A stretch of 26,606 nucleotides of DNA. Origin: Gemmatimonadota bacterium. GTDB lineage: Bacteria; Gemmatimonadota; Gemmatimonadetes; Palauibacterales; Palauibacteraceae. The notes under the pieces are model-generated. The model ran no database searches. It was not told the DNA's origin and saw only the letters and a list, made by a program, of their open reading frames with translations. The position numbers were made by a program, and so were the translations under genes. Each line of letters opens with the position of its first letter. Positions within the stretch are counted from its first letter, which is position 1. Shown here piece after piece: positions 1 through 9,582 of the stretch. Location of the stretch: assembly GCA_039588275.1 (NCBI GenBank), contig JBDHAC010000049.1, forward strand, positions 1-26,606. Reading direction: 5' to 3'.

Positions 1-116
1 ATGAAAGGATCACGAAACGTGAAGTCGTCGGTGAGTAGATCGCGGACTGCCGCATGCCGGGCCTTACCGGAGAAGAACTTCGCCAGGTAGGCGCGCACCG
101 TTTCGACGTTGGACAT
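1..116 (-). CDS. NTF2/SnoaL-like family protein, N-terminal part (runs off window edge)
   Basis: Manual translation from ATG at 116 gives MSNVETVRAYLAKFFSGKARHAAVRDLLTDDFTFRDPF. The 'VRAY...LLTDDFTF-DP' pattern is typical of SnoaL-like N-termini. It starts 13 nt after the stop of the upstream minus-strand gene and is not in the ORF track. Confidence 0.7.
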   Translation of the reverse strand, partial: MSNVETVRAYLAKFFSGKARHAAVRDLLTDDFTFRDPF

Positions 117-129
117 GTGTTTCACCGAC

Positions 130-762
130 CTAGTCCCGTGGGCAGGGAGAGGTTTCGGGATGGGCGGTCCAGGTGTCGAAAACCTCTCCCCCGGTCGGCA
201 GCTCGACAGCCGTCGTTTCACCGGGTGGAAGATCCGTTCGCCCCGTTGGCCCCAACTCGGTGCCAGTGGACAGGTGGACCTCGACCCGAACGGCACACAG
301 CGTCCGTTCGGTCGTGTTCTCGACGGTCCCTGCGAAGGCGTTGGACTGGGGATCGAACGACAAGACGAGCCTCGCCCCGTTCCGCGTCGTATCCCAGGTG
401 TCGTCCGGCCCGATCTGCACGCCCGACTCTTCGCCTGCTTCTCCCGATCCGTGCTCACCCCCCTCGCCTTCTTCGCCATGCTCCCCCTCGCCCTCGGAGC
501 CCGAGTGCTCGCCTTCGCCCTCCGAACGCGAGTGCTCGCTTTCGCCTTCGCTACCGCCCTCGGGCATCGCGCGCTCACCGCTGCCTTCAGGGCCAGGTTG
601 CTCAACACCTCCCTCGGACCGAGCCTGTTCACCCGCTCCCTCGAGAGCGGCGGCTGGCTCAGCCTCCGCTTCCGCACGCGGTTCTTCTGTGCACGCGGCT
701 ATCCCAAGGGACACGATTACTACGGCGACGGTCGCGAGACACTTCCAGGTCGATTCCCTCAT
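130..762 (-). CDS. Lipoprotein with Glu/Gly/His-rich repeat linker and C-terminal beta-sandwich (FxLYD-like) domain
   Basis: Signal peptide with lipobox IAA-C, then a low-complexity SEGEGEH repeat, then a beta-rich domain (GTVENTT...VRVEVHL...DLPPGET). Confidence 0.75.
   Translation of the reverse strand: MRESTWKCLATVAVVIVSLGIAACTEEPRAEAEAEPAAALEGAGEQARSEGGVEQPGPEGSGERAMPEGGSEGESEHSRSEGEGEHSGSEGEGEHGEEGEGGEHGSGEAGEESGVQIGPDDTWDTTRNGARLVLSFDPQSNAFAGTVENTTERTLCAVRVEVHLSTGTELGPTGRTDLPPGETTAVELPTGGEVFDTWTAHPETSPCPRD
430..560 (-). repeat. Imperfect coding tandem repeat (~27-nt unit, SEGEGEH[S/G])
   Basis: Protein EGGSEGESEHSRSEGEGEHSGSEGEGEHGEEGEGGEHG. On the + strand, gagtgctcgc and ctcgcc/ttcgcc units recur. 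Confidence 0.8.
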
Positions 763-813
763 GGTCTGGTCTCACTTCCGTGGATCAGTCCGTCCTTCAT
801 GTCGGGCTCGCGC

Positions 814-1077
814 TCACGATCGGGGCGGGACCTCTTCGTCGTCGATGACCGGTACCGTCCGGTGCTCGACCAGGTCGTTCCAGCCCGACAGATGTTTGGC
901 GACGGCCGCCGGGTCATCTGCCTGGACGAGGATGAAGCCGCGGCTCGAGCCGGGCTCGTGCCAGCGACCCAGCAGCTCTACACCCGGTGGTGTGGGAGCG
1001 CCCTGCGTCTCGAAGCGATCGAGCGCCGCCGCGTAGTGCTGCGGCGGGATATGCCAGGTGATCATGTACTTGGCCAA
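814..1077 (-). CDS. DUF3303 family protein
   Basis: KYMITW...RF...G.P.PPGVELLGRWH...GFILVQADD...W.DL....VPVIDDEE is characteristic of the family. Start moved to TTG at 1077, which has AAGGAGG 8 nt upstream (1086-1092). Confidence 0.85.
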   Translation of the reverse strand: MAKYMITWHIPPQHYAAALDRFETQGAPTPPGVELLGRWHEPGSSRGFILVQADDPAAVAKHLSGWNDLVEHRTVPVIDDEEVPPRS

Positions 1078-1224
1078 GGTCAGTACCTCCTTCTGGGGTT
1101 TCGACCCTCCGCCGGCTTGGCTCCGCTCAAAGTTGTCGGCCAACCGGCCGTGGTTGTGGAGGCTATCGGCCTGCGGACGAGGGATCGATGACGCGACAGG
1201 TTAGAGCCCCGGCGCGGCTCCGCG

Positions 1225-1767
1225 CTAGGCGTTGCGGTTGACGGCGGCTATGAGCGTTAGCTCTTCGTCGGTGAAGCCGGTTTCCGCGAGCACCCCGAGG
1301 ATGAAATCCGTCTTGCCATCGATGTAGGCATCGATATCCGAGGCGAAACGTGCGGCGAGCTTCTTCTTGAGCTCTCCATAGGCGGTCGCCGTGTCGGGGT
1401 GAGATCGCAGATAGTCGCGGACGGCCAGGTGGTTGAGCAGTCCGAGGTTCCCCTCCGGGCAGACGTACAGATTGTGGGCCGGTAACCCGGGAGGGTTGTC
1501 GAACGCCTCGCGCCCTTCGACTCCCAGGTTGCCTCGATGCCGGTAGCCCAGTTTCGCCAGCCGGTCGATGGCCGCGGGGACGTCGGCGTCGAACGCGACC
1601 ACGACGCTCATGTCGATGACGGGTTTGGCGACCAGCCCGGGTACCGACGTGCTGCCCACGTGCTCGATGGCGACCGCGAGCGGTCCGAGTCCCTCCGATA
1701 TCGTCGCGCGCAGCCGCGCGAAAACCTCGGGCCACTTCGGCTCGTAGTCGACGACGAGCGTGCTCAT
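1225..1767 (-). CDS. GrpB/UPF0157 family protein (nucleotidyltransferase-like fold)
   Basis: Motifs VVDYEPKWP..F, IEHVGSTSVPGLVAKPVID, HL..RDYLR.HP...Y..LK..LA, Y..GK..FI. Start placed at ATG 1767 (MSTLVV). Confidence 0.9.
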   Translation of the reverse strand: MSTLVVDYEPKWPEVFARLRATISEGLGPLAVAIEHVGSTSVPGLVAKPVIDMSVVVAFDADVPAAIDRLAKLGYRHRGNLGVEGREAFDNPPGLPAHNLYVCPEGNLGLLNHLAVRDYLRSHPDTATAYGELKKKLAARFASDIDAYIDGKTDFILGVLAETGFTDEELTLIAAVNRNA

Positions 1768-1940
1768 TCGGCTCCGTGTCAATGCGGTACCCTGGACCGC
1801 TAGGGGCAATGCCTGCCGGGGGTCGACATGTGCACGTAAGCTGTACACGGCTGACTCCAGACCGGATCCTGGAGTGGCGAAGGGGTTTCGAGCGGCACGT
1901 TGCGGATGACTGAATCGAGAACGGACGGGCGTATCCGCTG

Positions 1941-4169
1941 ATGGACGGCGAACGACATCTGGGCCTGTTCGGTGCGACCGCGCTCGGGGTCGGTGCCATC
2001 GTGGGCGGCGGCATCCTGGCCCTGGCGGGCGTCGCGTTCGCCACGACTGGACCCGGCGCTATCGTGGCGTTCGCAGTCAACGGCGGCATCGCGTTCCTGA
2101 CCGTCGCCAGCTTCGCGCAGCTGGCGCGTCGCTTCCCTGAATCGGGCGGCATCTACACGTACGCGAAGAAGGTGCTCTCGATCGAGGTGGCCTTCGTCGT
2201 GGGGTGGATAGTATGGTTCGCCTCGATCGTCGCTGGCGTCCTGTACGCGTTGGGGTTCTCAGCGTTCGCGGCCGAGGGACTCGAGCGGGGCCTGCGGCTG
2301 CTCGGGCAGTCGCCGGAGTGGATCCAGGGGTCCGCGCTTCGGACCGGGATCGCGATCGGGGTCATCGTCCTGTACACACTGGGACTCGTTCGGCGCGCGG
2401 CCGGCGCCGGTTCCGGCGCCTCGATCGGCAAGGTCATCTTCTTCGCTATCCTGATTCTGGGCGGAGCGTGGACCTTGATCGGCAAGTCCCCGACGGAGCT
2501 TTTTGACCGGCTGACGCCGTTCTTCTCGGCCGGCCCGGTCGGGCTGCTCCAGGCCATGGGGTACACGTTCATCGCGCTTCAGGGCTACGACCTGGTGGCC
2601 GCGGTAGGCGGAGAGGTGAAAGACCCCGAACGGACGTTGCCGCGCGCGATGTACCTGTCGCTCGCGATCGCCCTCGCCATCTACATCCCACTCCTCTTTC
2701 TGATCGCGACCGTCGGGGCGCCGGGGCAGGGAGGCATCAGGGCGGCCGCAGCGGCGAATCCCGAAGCGCTGGTGGCGAACGCGGTGGAGCACTTCATGGG
2801 TCCGGGCGGTTACTGGCTCGTGATCGGGGCCGGGATCCTTTCGATGCTCTCGGCGCTGCACGCGAACCTTCTGGGTGCCTCGCGCGTGGCCTTCGCGATG
2901 GCGCGCGACCGCACGCTGCCCCGCCGATTGGGCCAGGTGCACGGGACGACCGGGACGCCGGCCGTGTCGGTCGCTGTCACGGGAGCGATGGTGCTGCTCA
3001 TCGCGGTCGTGATCGGTGAGGTGGCGGCGGCCGGGGCAGCATCGAGTCTCATCTTTCTGATCTCGTTCGCGATCGTGCATTTGGCGGCGATCCTAGTGCA
3101 ACGGCGCTCCGGTGCGCGAGGATCGATACGCCTTCCTGCGCTGGGTGCCACGTTGTGCCTCGGCCTGGCGATCTTTCAGGCTTTCGCTGTCCCCGAGGCC
3201 GGCAGCGTGATCGCGATGTGGCTGGCAATCGGTGGTGTCCTGTATCTGACACTGTTCGCGCCGGGAGCTAGGCTAGCCGACGCCAGCGCCCAGGCGCGCG
3301 ACCCGGATCTGGCACGGCTGCGCGGCCGGAGCCCACTCGTGCTGGTCCCGATCGCGAACCCGGCGAGCGCCGCAAGCCTCGTCGACGTGGGCGCCACGCT
3401 GCGAACGCCGGGTGTGGGACGGATCTTGTTGCTCTCGGTGGTTCGGACCACGGATCAGGCTCTCGCAGAGGGGGACCTGGCCATGCGCGACGCGCGGGAT
3501 GTACTCGGAGAATCGCTGCAGCGCAGCTTCGAGCACTCGCTGGTCGCGGAGACCTTGTTCACGGTCGCGCCCGACGTATGGAGCGAGATCGCACGCGTGG
3601 CGCGCGGGCACGATTGCGAAACTGTGCTGTTGGGGCTTCCGAACCTCACCGAGCCGGGTGTCGAGGGGAGGCTCGAGAGCCTGATCGCCGAGCTGGATAC
3701 GGATGTGGTGGTCCTGCGAGCTCCGCACCGGTGGCGGATGAACGAGGCGCAGAGCGTCCTGGTGCCCATCGGCGGAAGGCGCGCGCACAGCCACTTGCGT
3801 GCCCGCCTCCTCGCGAGCCTGTCGAGGTCTGGCGCGCGGTCGGTCACCTACCTGCGCACGCTGCCAGAGAGGACGTCCGCCGATGCCCGTCGTCGTGCGG
3901 AGCGCGAGTTGAGGAGCCTTGCGCGCGACGAGGCGACCGGTCAGCACGAGGCCGTGTGCGAGTTCGCGGAGGCTCCACGCGAGGCGATCGTCCGGCACGC
4001 GGCCGTCGCCGACCTGGTGGTGATGGGCATGCAGGGGCGCAGCCGCCGGGGTAAGCACCTGCTGGGCGAACTGCCGCTGGCGATCGCGCAAGAGACCGAC
4101 GTCCCGCTCGTGCTCATCGGCCGCCGACCAACCCGCTCGCGGTCGTGGTCGGGGAGCCGTTCGCTCTAG
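1941..4169 (+). CDS. APC-family amino acid permease fused to two C-terminal universal stress protein (USP) domains
   Basis: About 12 hydrophobic helices with GVGAIVGGGI, FPESGGIYTY, GEVKDPERTLPRA and SRVAFAMARD. Then VLVPIANPASA and VLVPIGG...DLVVMG...DVPLVLI USP patterns. Confidence 0.92.
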   Translation: MDGERHLGLFGATALGVGAIVGGGILALAGVAFATTGPGAIVAFAVNGGIAFLTVASFAQLARRFPESGGIYTYAKKVLSIEVAFVVGWIVWFASIVAGVLYALGFSAFAAEGLERGLRLLGQSPEWIQGSALRTGIAIGVIVLYTLGLVRRAAGAGSGASIGKVIFFAILILGGAWTLIGKSPTELFDRLTPFFSAGPVGLLQAMGYTFIALQGYDLVAAVGGEVKDPERTLPRAMYLSLAIALAIYIPLLFLIATVGAPGQGGIRAAAAANPEALVANAVEHFMGPGGYWLVIGAGILSMLSALHANLLGASRVAFAMARDRTLPRRLGQVHGTTGTPAVSVAVTGAMVLLIAVVIGEVAAAGAASSLIFLISFAIVHLAAILVQRRSGARGSIRLPALGATLCLGLAIFQAFAVPEAGSVIAMWLAIGGVLYLTLFAPGARLADASAQARDPDLARLRGRSPLVLVPIANPASAASLVDVGATLRTPGVGRILLLSVVRTTDQALAEGDLAMRDARDVLGESLQRSFEHSLVAETLFTVAPDVWSEIARVARGHDCETVLLGLPNLTEPGVEGRLESLIAELDTDVVVLRAPHRWRMNEAQSVLVPIGGRRAHSHLRARLLASLSRSGARSVTYLRTLPERTSADARRRAERELRSLARDEATGQHEAVCEFAEAPREAIVRHAAVADLVVMGMQGRSRRGKHLLGELPLAIAQETDVPLVLIGRRPTRSRSWSGSRSL

Positions 4170-4292
4170 CTCCTCTTCCGTCGCAAGGTTGCCGGCCTGG
4201 CCAGGGAATGCAGATATTCCGGTCGGCGTGTCCTCAATCCCACGAGGCTGGAACAGAGAGGACGGCCGGTCACACATCGGGGAGAAGACTGG

Positions 4293-7200
4293 ATGAGCCA
4301 GTCGGAGCGCGGCGGCCGTGTCGACTGTCCTTCCTGTGGCAGCGATGTGGCCGCGACCTATCGATACTGCCCACAATGCGCCGCCCCCGTCTCCGGGGCG
4401 GGTGGCTTGTTCTGCGAAGCGTGTAAGTCACCGAACCCCGCGGGCGCGCACTTCTGCTACCACTGCGGTGCCATGCTGGGCGCGTTGGCCGATGCGGATC
4501 GCCGCATCATCACCGTGCTGTTCGCGGATCTGTCCGGCTTCACCCCCCTGACCGAGCAACTCGACGCGGAGCACGTCCGGCAGCTCATCGCCGGGTGCCT
4601 CAACCCCCTGTGCGACAGCGTCACCCGCTGGGGCGGGCACGTCGACAAGTTCATCGGCGACTGCGTAATGGCACTCTTCGGTGCGCCGGTGGCGTACGAG
4701 AACGAAGAGGAGCGCGCGATCCGTGCGGCGCTCGACATGCACGACGCGCTCGAGCGTTGGTCCGAGCACGGAGGTATGGGCAGCTCGTCGGCCTACCCCA
4801 AGTTCGGACTGAAGGTGGGGATCAGCACCGGGCCCGTGGTGACGGGTGCGTTCGCCGGTGGCGGGGCACACAACTACACGGCCATCGGGGATGCGGTGAA
4901 TGTGGCGGCCCGTCTCCAGGGCCTGTGCGAGCCGGGCCAGATTCTGGTGGGGCCGAAGACCTACGAGCTCACGCGGCACATCTTCGAGTACGGAGATGAG
5001 CGAGCGCTCCAGGTGAAGGGGAAGCAGAAGCCGGTTCGCGCTCATGCCGTGCTGGGTGTACGCGCCCGCCGCGCTCCGCAGCGTGGTGTAGGGGGGCGGT
5101 TGACGCCTCTCGTGGGGCGGGAAGGAGAGATGTCGAACCTCGAGGCAGGCTGGACGGCTCCCGCAGGAGAGGGGGTTCGGCACCGCCTGATCATCGGGGC
5201 TCCCGGAATCGGCAAATCGCGACTCGCGCACGAGTTTCTCTCGAAGCACGAGATCGCGGAGGAGGAAGTGGCGGTCGGCCGCTGCTACCCCTACGCGCGC
5301 AGCACGCCCTGGGAACCCATGTCGGAGCTGCTTTGCGACCTGTACGACGTGCCCGCCGGGCTCGATCCCACCGAGGCGACGGCCACGGTCGTCGAGCGAG
5401 CGCCGGGAAGCTGGTCGCCCGGGACCGCCTCCGCCCTCAGCGTGGCTCTCGGCGCCCCCGTCACCGAGTCGCATGCCCTGGCCGGTTACGATCCGAGGGA
5501 GCGCCAGGAGCGGATCGCGGAGGTGGTGGCTCGCGCGTTACGCGAGGGCGCGGGCAGGGCTCGGGTCCTCGTGCTCGAAGATCTCCAGTGGGCGGACCAT
5601 GCGACGCTCGAATTTCTGGCTTCGCTCCCGACGCGCGAGCTGGACGATTCGGTCTTCTTCCTTCTGACGGCTCGCTCACCTCTGCCCGGCGAAGAGTACC
5701 TCGACATACTCCACCGCGGTCTCGAGCACAGCGTCGAGCTCGCTCCGCTGTCGCACGCAGACTCCGGCATGCTCATCGAGGCGGCGCTCGGAAAGCATCG
5801 CCTCCCGCGAGAGTTCGTGGAGCTGATCATCGAACGGACGGAAGGAAATCCGCTTTTCGTCGAAGAGATGCTCAAGACGCTCGTCGGGCTCGACGTCATC
5901 CGCAGAGACGACGGTTGTTGGCGCGCGACCGCCGGACTGCGCGAAGTGCACGTTCCGGACAACGTGGAGAGCCTGCTCAGCACGCGTCTTGACGGCCTTG
6001 AGCCCCGTACGAAGCGCGTCGTCCAGTGCGCGGCGATCGTCGGCCGGCGCTTTTGGTCCGGCGTCCTGGCGGATGCGCTGGTGGGTCGCCAGGTGGACTC
6101 GGAGCTCGACGAGCTGGTGGCGAGCGAGATGTTCCGACCGCGCTCGGAGTCGTTCATCCTGGGCGACCGCGAGTACATGTTCGAGAATCGGCTCTTGCAG
6201 GAGGTCGCCTACCGGGGCCTCCTGCGGGAGTTGCGCGCCGAGCTGCACGGCGCCGCGGCGGGCTGGCTGGAGGAGCGGTTGAAGGACCAGTCGGCGGAAT
6301 CGGACGACCTGATCGCGTTCCACCATGAGCGGTCGACCGAACCGGCGCGAGCGGTTCCGTTCCTCGAGCGGAGGGCCGAGCGCGCGCGCGGGCGAGGTGC
6401 GTTGTCCGACGCCCTCGACCTCGCGCGGCGAGCGCTCAGACTCTCCCCACCTGAGACCACACCGGCGAGCCTCCTGTACCTGGCCGAGGAGATCGCGGGG
6501 GAAAGTGGAGAGGCGGAGTTCCGGCTTCAGGCGATCGAGCGGTTGGAAGCGACGCGGGGAGCGGACGATCCGGAAGTCAAAGCCGAGGCCCGATCTCGAC
6601 GTGCTCGATACCTGCTCTCCGTGGGCGAGCTGGCCGCGGCGAAGGACGCAGGTGAGGAGGCGTTGGAGCTGTCTCGTCGGTTAGGGAACCGGTCTCGCCA
6701 GGGTCACGTCCATTCGCTACTCGGTCGGGTGGCCCATCTGTGGGGCGACTACCCGGTGGCGCGCGACCACTACCAGGCGTCACTCGAGCTTCAGCGCGAA
6801 TCGGGCGACCGCCGGGGCGAGGCGGAGATCCTGGACCGTTTAGGGCTCGTTGAGGTGGATATCGATGATTTTTGCCGGAGCCTGGACTTCTTCGATCAGG
6901 CCATGGCGCTCGCGGAGGAACTGGGCGACCGGACGCTCGAGGTGAAGGTGCTGTCGCACCGAGCTACCGCCCTCCGGTGGCTGGGAAGTTACGAGGAGGC
7001 CGGGGAGGCGGCTCGGCAAGCCCTGGAGCTGGCGCTCGGGTCCGGATCGCGACGACTGCGCTCGACCGCGCAGATGACGCTCGGGTTCGTCCTGGCCGGT
7101 GCCGGTCGTGAGGTCGAGGCTCGACAGACACTAACCGATGCTCTCGAGCTCGCCGGTGAGATCGAGCGCCCCGCGCTCGAGGCACGCATATGGCTGGAGC

Positions 7201-7655
7201 TGGCGGGCCTGGTCGGCGACGAGGAGGCCATTAGGTGCGCGCGGCGCGCCCGAGAATTGGCCGCGAAGACTGGCCTCGTACACGTGGACATTCTCGGGCA
7301 GACAATAGAGGCCGACCTCGCGCTTGCGGACGGCGACCTGAGCGCCGCGGACGAGGCCTCCGCGGAGGCCGTGGACAAGCTTCGCGTGCACGGGAGCGTG
7401 CAGGGTCAGGAGGAGCTCGTTCTCTTCGTGCGAAGTCGGATCCTCGACGCGCTCGACCGGGCGGACGAAGCCGCCGCCTTCGCCCAGGAGGCCCGTGAGC
7501 TCGTCGAGGGCAAGGCGGCCTGGATTACCGACCCCGATCTCCGGGCCTCTTTCCTCGAGGGGGTGAGCCCCAACCCGGAGATCCTGAGCGTCGAGAGACG
7601 GGAGGCGCTGACCCCAGAGCCCGTGGACCCGGAAATCGTCGAGAGGGTGCCGTGA
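4293..7655 (+). CDS. Double zinc ribbon + class III adenylate/guanylate cyclase + STAND-type AAA ATPase + TPR protein
   Basis: Four CxxC (CPSC, CPQC, CEAC, CYHC). Cyclase motifs VLFADLSGFT, DKFIGD, YTAIGDAVNVAARLQ. Walker A GAPGIGKS, Walker B LVLEDLQWAD, GNPLFVEE. C-terminal helical TPR-like repeats. Confidence 0.95.
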   Translation: MSQSERGGRVDCPSCGSDVAATYRYCPQCAAPVSGAGGLFCEACKSPNPAGAHFCYHCGAMLGALADADRRIITVLFADLSGFTPLTEQLDAEHVRQLIAGCLNPLCDSVTRWGGHVDKFIGDCVMALFGAPVAYENEEERAIRAALDMHDALERWSEHGGMGSSSAYPKFGLKVGISTGPVVTGAFAGGGAHNYTAIGDAVNVAARLQGLCEPGQILVGPKTYELTRHIFEYGDERALQVKGKQKPVRAHAVLGVRARRAPQRGVGGRLTPLVGREGEMSNLEAGWTAPAGEGVRHRLIIGAPGIGKSRLAHEFLSKHEIAEEEVAVGRCYPYARSTPWEPMSELLCDLYDVPAGLDPTEATATVVERAPGSWSPGTASALSVALGAPVTESHALAGYDPRERQERIAEVVARALREGAGRARVLVLEDLQWADHATLEFLASLPTRELDDSVFFLLTARSPLPGEEYLDILHRGLEHSVELAPLSHADSGMLIEAALGKHRLPREFVELIIERTEGNPLFVEEMLKTLVGLDVIRRDDGCWRATAGLREVHVPDNVESLLSTRLDGLEPRTKRVVQCAAIVGRRFWSGVLADALVGRQVDSELDELVASEMFRPRSESFILGDREYMFENRLLQEVAYRGLLRELRAELHGAAAGWLEERLKDQSAESDDLIAFHHERSTEPARAVPFLERRAERARGRGALSDALDLARRALRLSPPETTPASLLYLAEEIAGESGEAEFRLQAIERLEATRGADDPEVKAEARSRRARYLLSVGELAAAKDAGEEALELSRRLGNRSRQGHVHSLLGRVAHLWGDYPVARDHYQASLELQRESGDRRGEAEILDRLGLVEVDIDDFCRSLDFFDQAMALAEELGDRTLEVKVLSHRATALRWLGSYEEAGEAARQALELALGSGSRRLRSTAQMTLGFVLAGAGREVEARQTLTDALELAGEIERPALEARIWLELAGLVGDEEAIRCARRARELAAKTGLVHVDILGQTIEADLALADGDLSAADEASAEAVDKLRVHGSVQGQEELVLFVRSRILDALDRADEAAAFAQEARELVEGKAAWITDPDLRASFLEGVSPNPEILSVERREALTPEPVDPEIVERVP

Positions 7656-8035
7656 GCGCCGAGGCCGTGTGGGTTCTCGTCAGCTTGCTCACCGCCCACT
7701 ATCTAGGCGATTTCACGCCCTTGTTGACCGACCGCATGCTGGCCGCCAAGCGCGAGGGACGGCCAGTGGGCCCGATCGCGCTGCACGGCGCCATTCATGG
7801 GGTGCTGGCTGCCGTCGCGATCGCCGTCGTCGCGTCTCCACCACCCCGCACGCTGGGAACCGGGGCCGCGATCGTGCTCGTGTCGCACTTCGCCATCGAT
7901 CTCGGGCGGGCTCAGTTCTCGGCGCGCTTCCCGGCGCTGCGCGACTCCGGCCGCGGCGCGTTCTGGTCCGCGCTGGGCTTCGACCAATTCCTCCACGGAT
8001 TGGTGCTCATCGCGGTCGCCGCGGTGGTCCTGTGA
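7652..8035 (+). CDS. DUF3307 family membrane protein
   Basis: AHYLGDF, HGAIH, SHFAID and DQFLH motifs in hydrophobic helices. The GTG start overlaps the cyclase stop (GTGA). Confidence 0.88.
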   Translation: MSAEAVWVLVSLLTAHYLGDFTPLLTDRMLAAKREGRPVGPIALHGAIHGVLAAVAIAVVASPPPRTLGTGAAIVLVSHFAIDLGRAQFSARFPALRDSGRGAFWSALGFDQFLHGLVLIAVAAVVL

Positions 8036-8052
8036 GCGTCGGGAGGTCGCGC

Positions 8053-9567
8053 GTGAAGACCTCGACGCGCGACGACCTGTCGGGCCGGTTGATCCCGCGT
8101 CCCGAGGAGGAGCCGACGCTCGAGCTGGAGGACGGAGGCAGGGTGGCGGTGATCGGCGGCGGCCCGGCCGGTAGCTTCTTCTCTTACTTCCTCCTCAAGC
8201 TGGCGGAGACGATCGACCTGGACGTGTCGGTCGATATCTACGAGCCGCGCCACTTCATCCACTGCGGTCCGGCCGGGTGCAATCACTGCGGTGGGATCGT
8301 TTCCGAGTCGCTCGTACAGATCCTGGCCGCGGAAGGCATCAACCTCCCGCCCAGCGTCATCCAGAGGGGCATCGAGTCCTACGTCGTGCACATGGATGTG
8401 GGCAGCGTCCGGATCGAGAGCCCGCGCCGCGAGCAGCGGATCGCGGCCGTGTACCGAGGGAACGGACCGCGCGACGCGACCGACATGCCGTGGGAGAGCT
8501 TCGACGGGCACCTGCAGGGATTGGCCGCCACGCGGGGCGCCCGGATCGTGCGGAAGCTCGTGAGCGGGATCCGGTGGGTGGGCGGTCTCCCGATTCTCGA
8601 CCACCCGGACGGCCGCTCGGGACCGTATGACCTCGTGGCCCTGGCCACGGGGGTGAACAGCAATCTCTTCCAACTCCTCGACGGGTTGGACGGCGTGGAC
8701 TTCGGCTCACGGCCGCTCAAGACGACGCGCACCTACATCTGCGAGTTCCACACCGACCACGAGACGATCCGCCGCGTGCTCGGAAGCTCGATGCACGTCT
8801 TCCTGCTGAGCTTGCCCCGCCTGGAGTTCGCGGCCCTGATCCCCAAAGGGGAATACATCACGCTCGTGCTGTTGGGGGAGGGGATCGACGCCGAGCTCGT
8901 GCGCAGGTTCCTCGAAACCCCCGAGGTGTCTCGTTGCCTCCCACCAGGTGTCGAGCCGCGGGTGTGCAATTGCTCTCCGCTCATCAATATGCGCGGCCCA
9001 TCGCGTCCGTTCGCGGATCGGATGGTGCTCGTCGGGGATTGCGGGATGACGCGGCTGTTCAAGGACGGGATCGGCGCGGCGTACCGGACGGCCAAGGCCG
9101 CCGCGGAGACTGTGGTCTTTCACGGGATCGCGCTCGACGACTTCCAGAAACACTACTGGCCGGCCTGCCGCACGATCGACGCCGACAACAAGATCGGGAA
9201 GCTCATCTTTTCGACGACCGACTTTCTGAAGGCGGTGCGGCTGTCGCGGCGCGCCATCCTCCGCATGACCCGGAAGGAGCAGGAGAAGGACGGCGCGCGC
9301 CGGATGAGCCAGGTGTTGTGGAACCTGTTCACGGGGAGCGCGCCGTACCGCGAGGTGTTCATGAACACGCTTCACCCGGCGTTTCTCGCGGGGCTGGCGT
9401 GGAACGTGGTGACCGCGCTCCCGCCGGGCGGCAACGGTACGCGCGGCCGTCGCCGCGGTGGGAAAGGCGCGAGTCGGAATGGAGCCTCCCGGGCCACCGC
9501 CGAGGCGCCCCCGGCCGAGGCAGCCGTGGACGAGCCTGCGGTGGACGGGCCGACCGTAGATCGGTAA
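8053..9567 (+). CDS. FAD-dependent oxidoreductase (geranylgeranyl reductase/flavin monooxygenase-like fold) with Cys motif
   Basis: Rossmann VAVIGGGPAG, ATG motif, LVGD...DGIGAA FAD motif and CGPAGCNHCGG. Start GTG 8053 has GGAGG at 8042-8046. An alternative GTG at 8032 overlaps the upstream stop. Confidence 0.85.
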   Translation: MKTSTRDDLSGRLIPRPEEEPTLELEDGGRVAVIGGGPAGSFFSYFLLKLAETIDLDVSVDIYEPRHFIHCGPAGCNHCGGIVSESLVQILAAEGINLPPSVIQRGIESYVVHMDVGSVRIESPRREQRIAAVYRGNGPRDATDMPWESFDGHLQGLAATRGARIVRKLVSGIRWVGGLPILDHPDGRSGPYDLVALATGVNSNLFQLLDGLDGVDFGSRPLKTTRTYICEFHTDHETIRRVLGSSMHVFLLSLPRLEFAALIPKGEYITLVLLGEGIDAELVRRFLETPEVSRCLPPGVEPRVCNCSPLINMRGPSRPFADRMVLVGDCGMTRLFKDGIGAAYRTAKAAAETVVFHGIALDDFQKHYWPACRTIDADNKIGKLIFSTTDFLKAVRLSRRAILRMTRKEQEKDGARRMSQVLWNLFTGSAPYREVFMNTLHPAFLAGLAWNVVTALPPGGNGTRGRRRGGKGASRNGASRATAEAPPAEAAVDEPAVDGPTVDR

Positions 9568-9582
9568 GGAGCACGGACTCCC

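Noticed and set aside
54..1191. Long plus-strand ORFs 54-848, 109-1191 and 173-1036
   Set aside because: Antisense shadows of recognisable minus-strand genes in GC-rich DNA. The same applies to most other overlapping Arg/Pro-rich ORFs in the track.
7669..8052. N-terminal extension of the 632-aa ORF
   Set aside because: It overlaps DUF3307 out of frame and has low-complexity Arg-rich sequence. A better RBS-supported start is at 8053.
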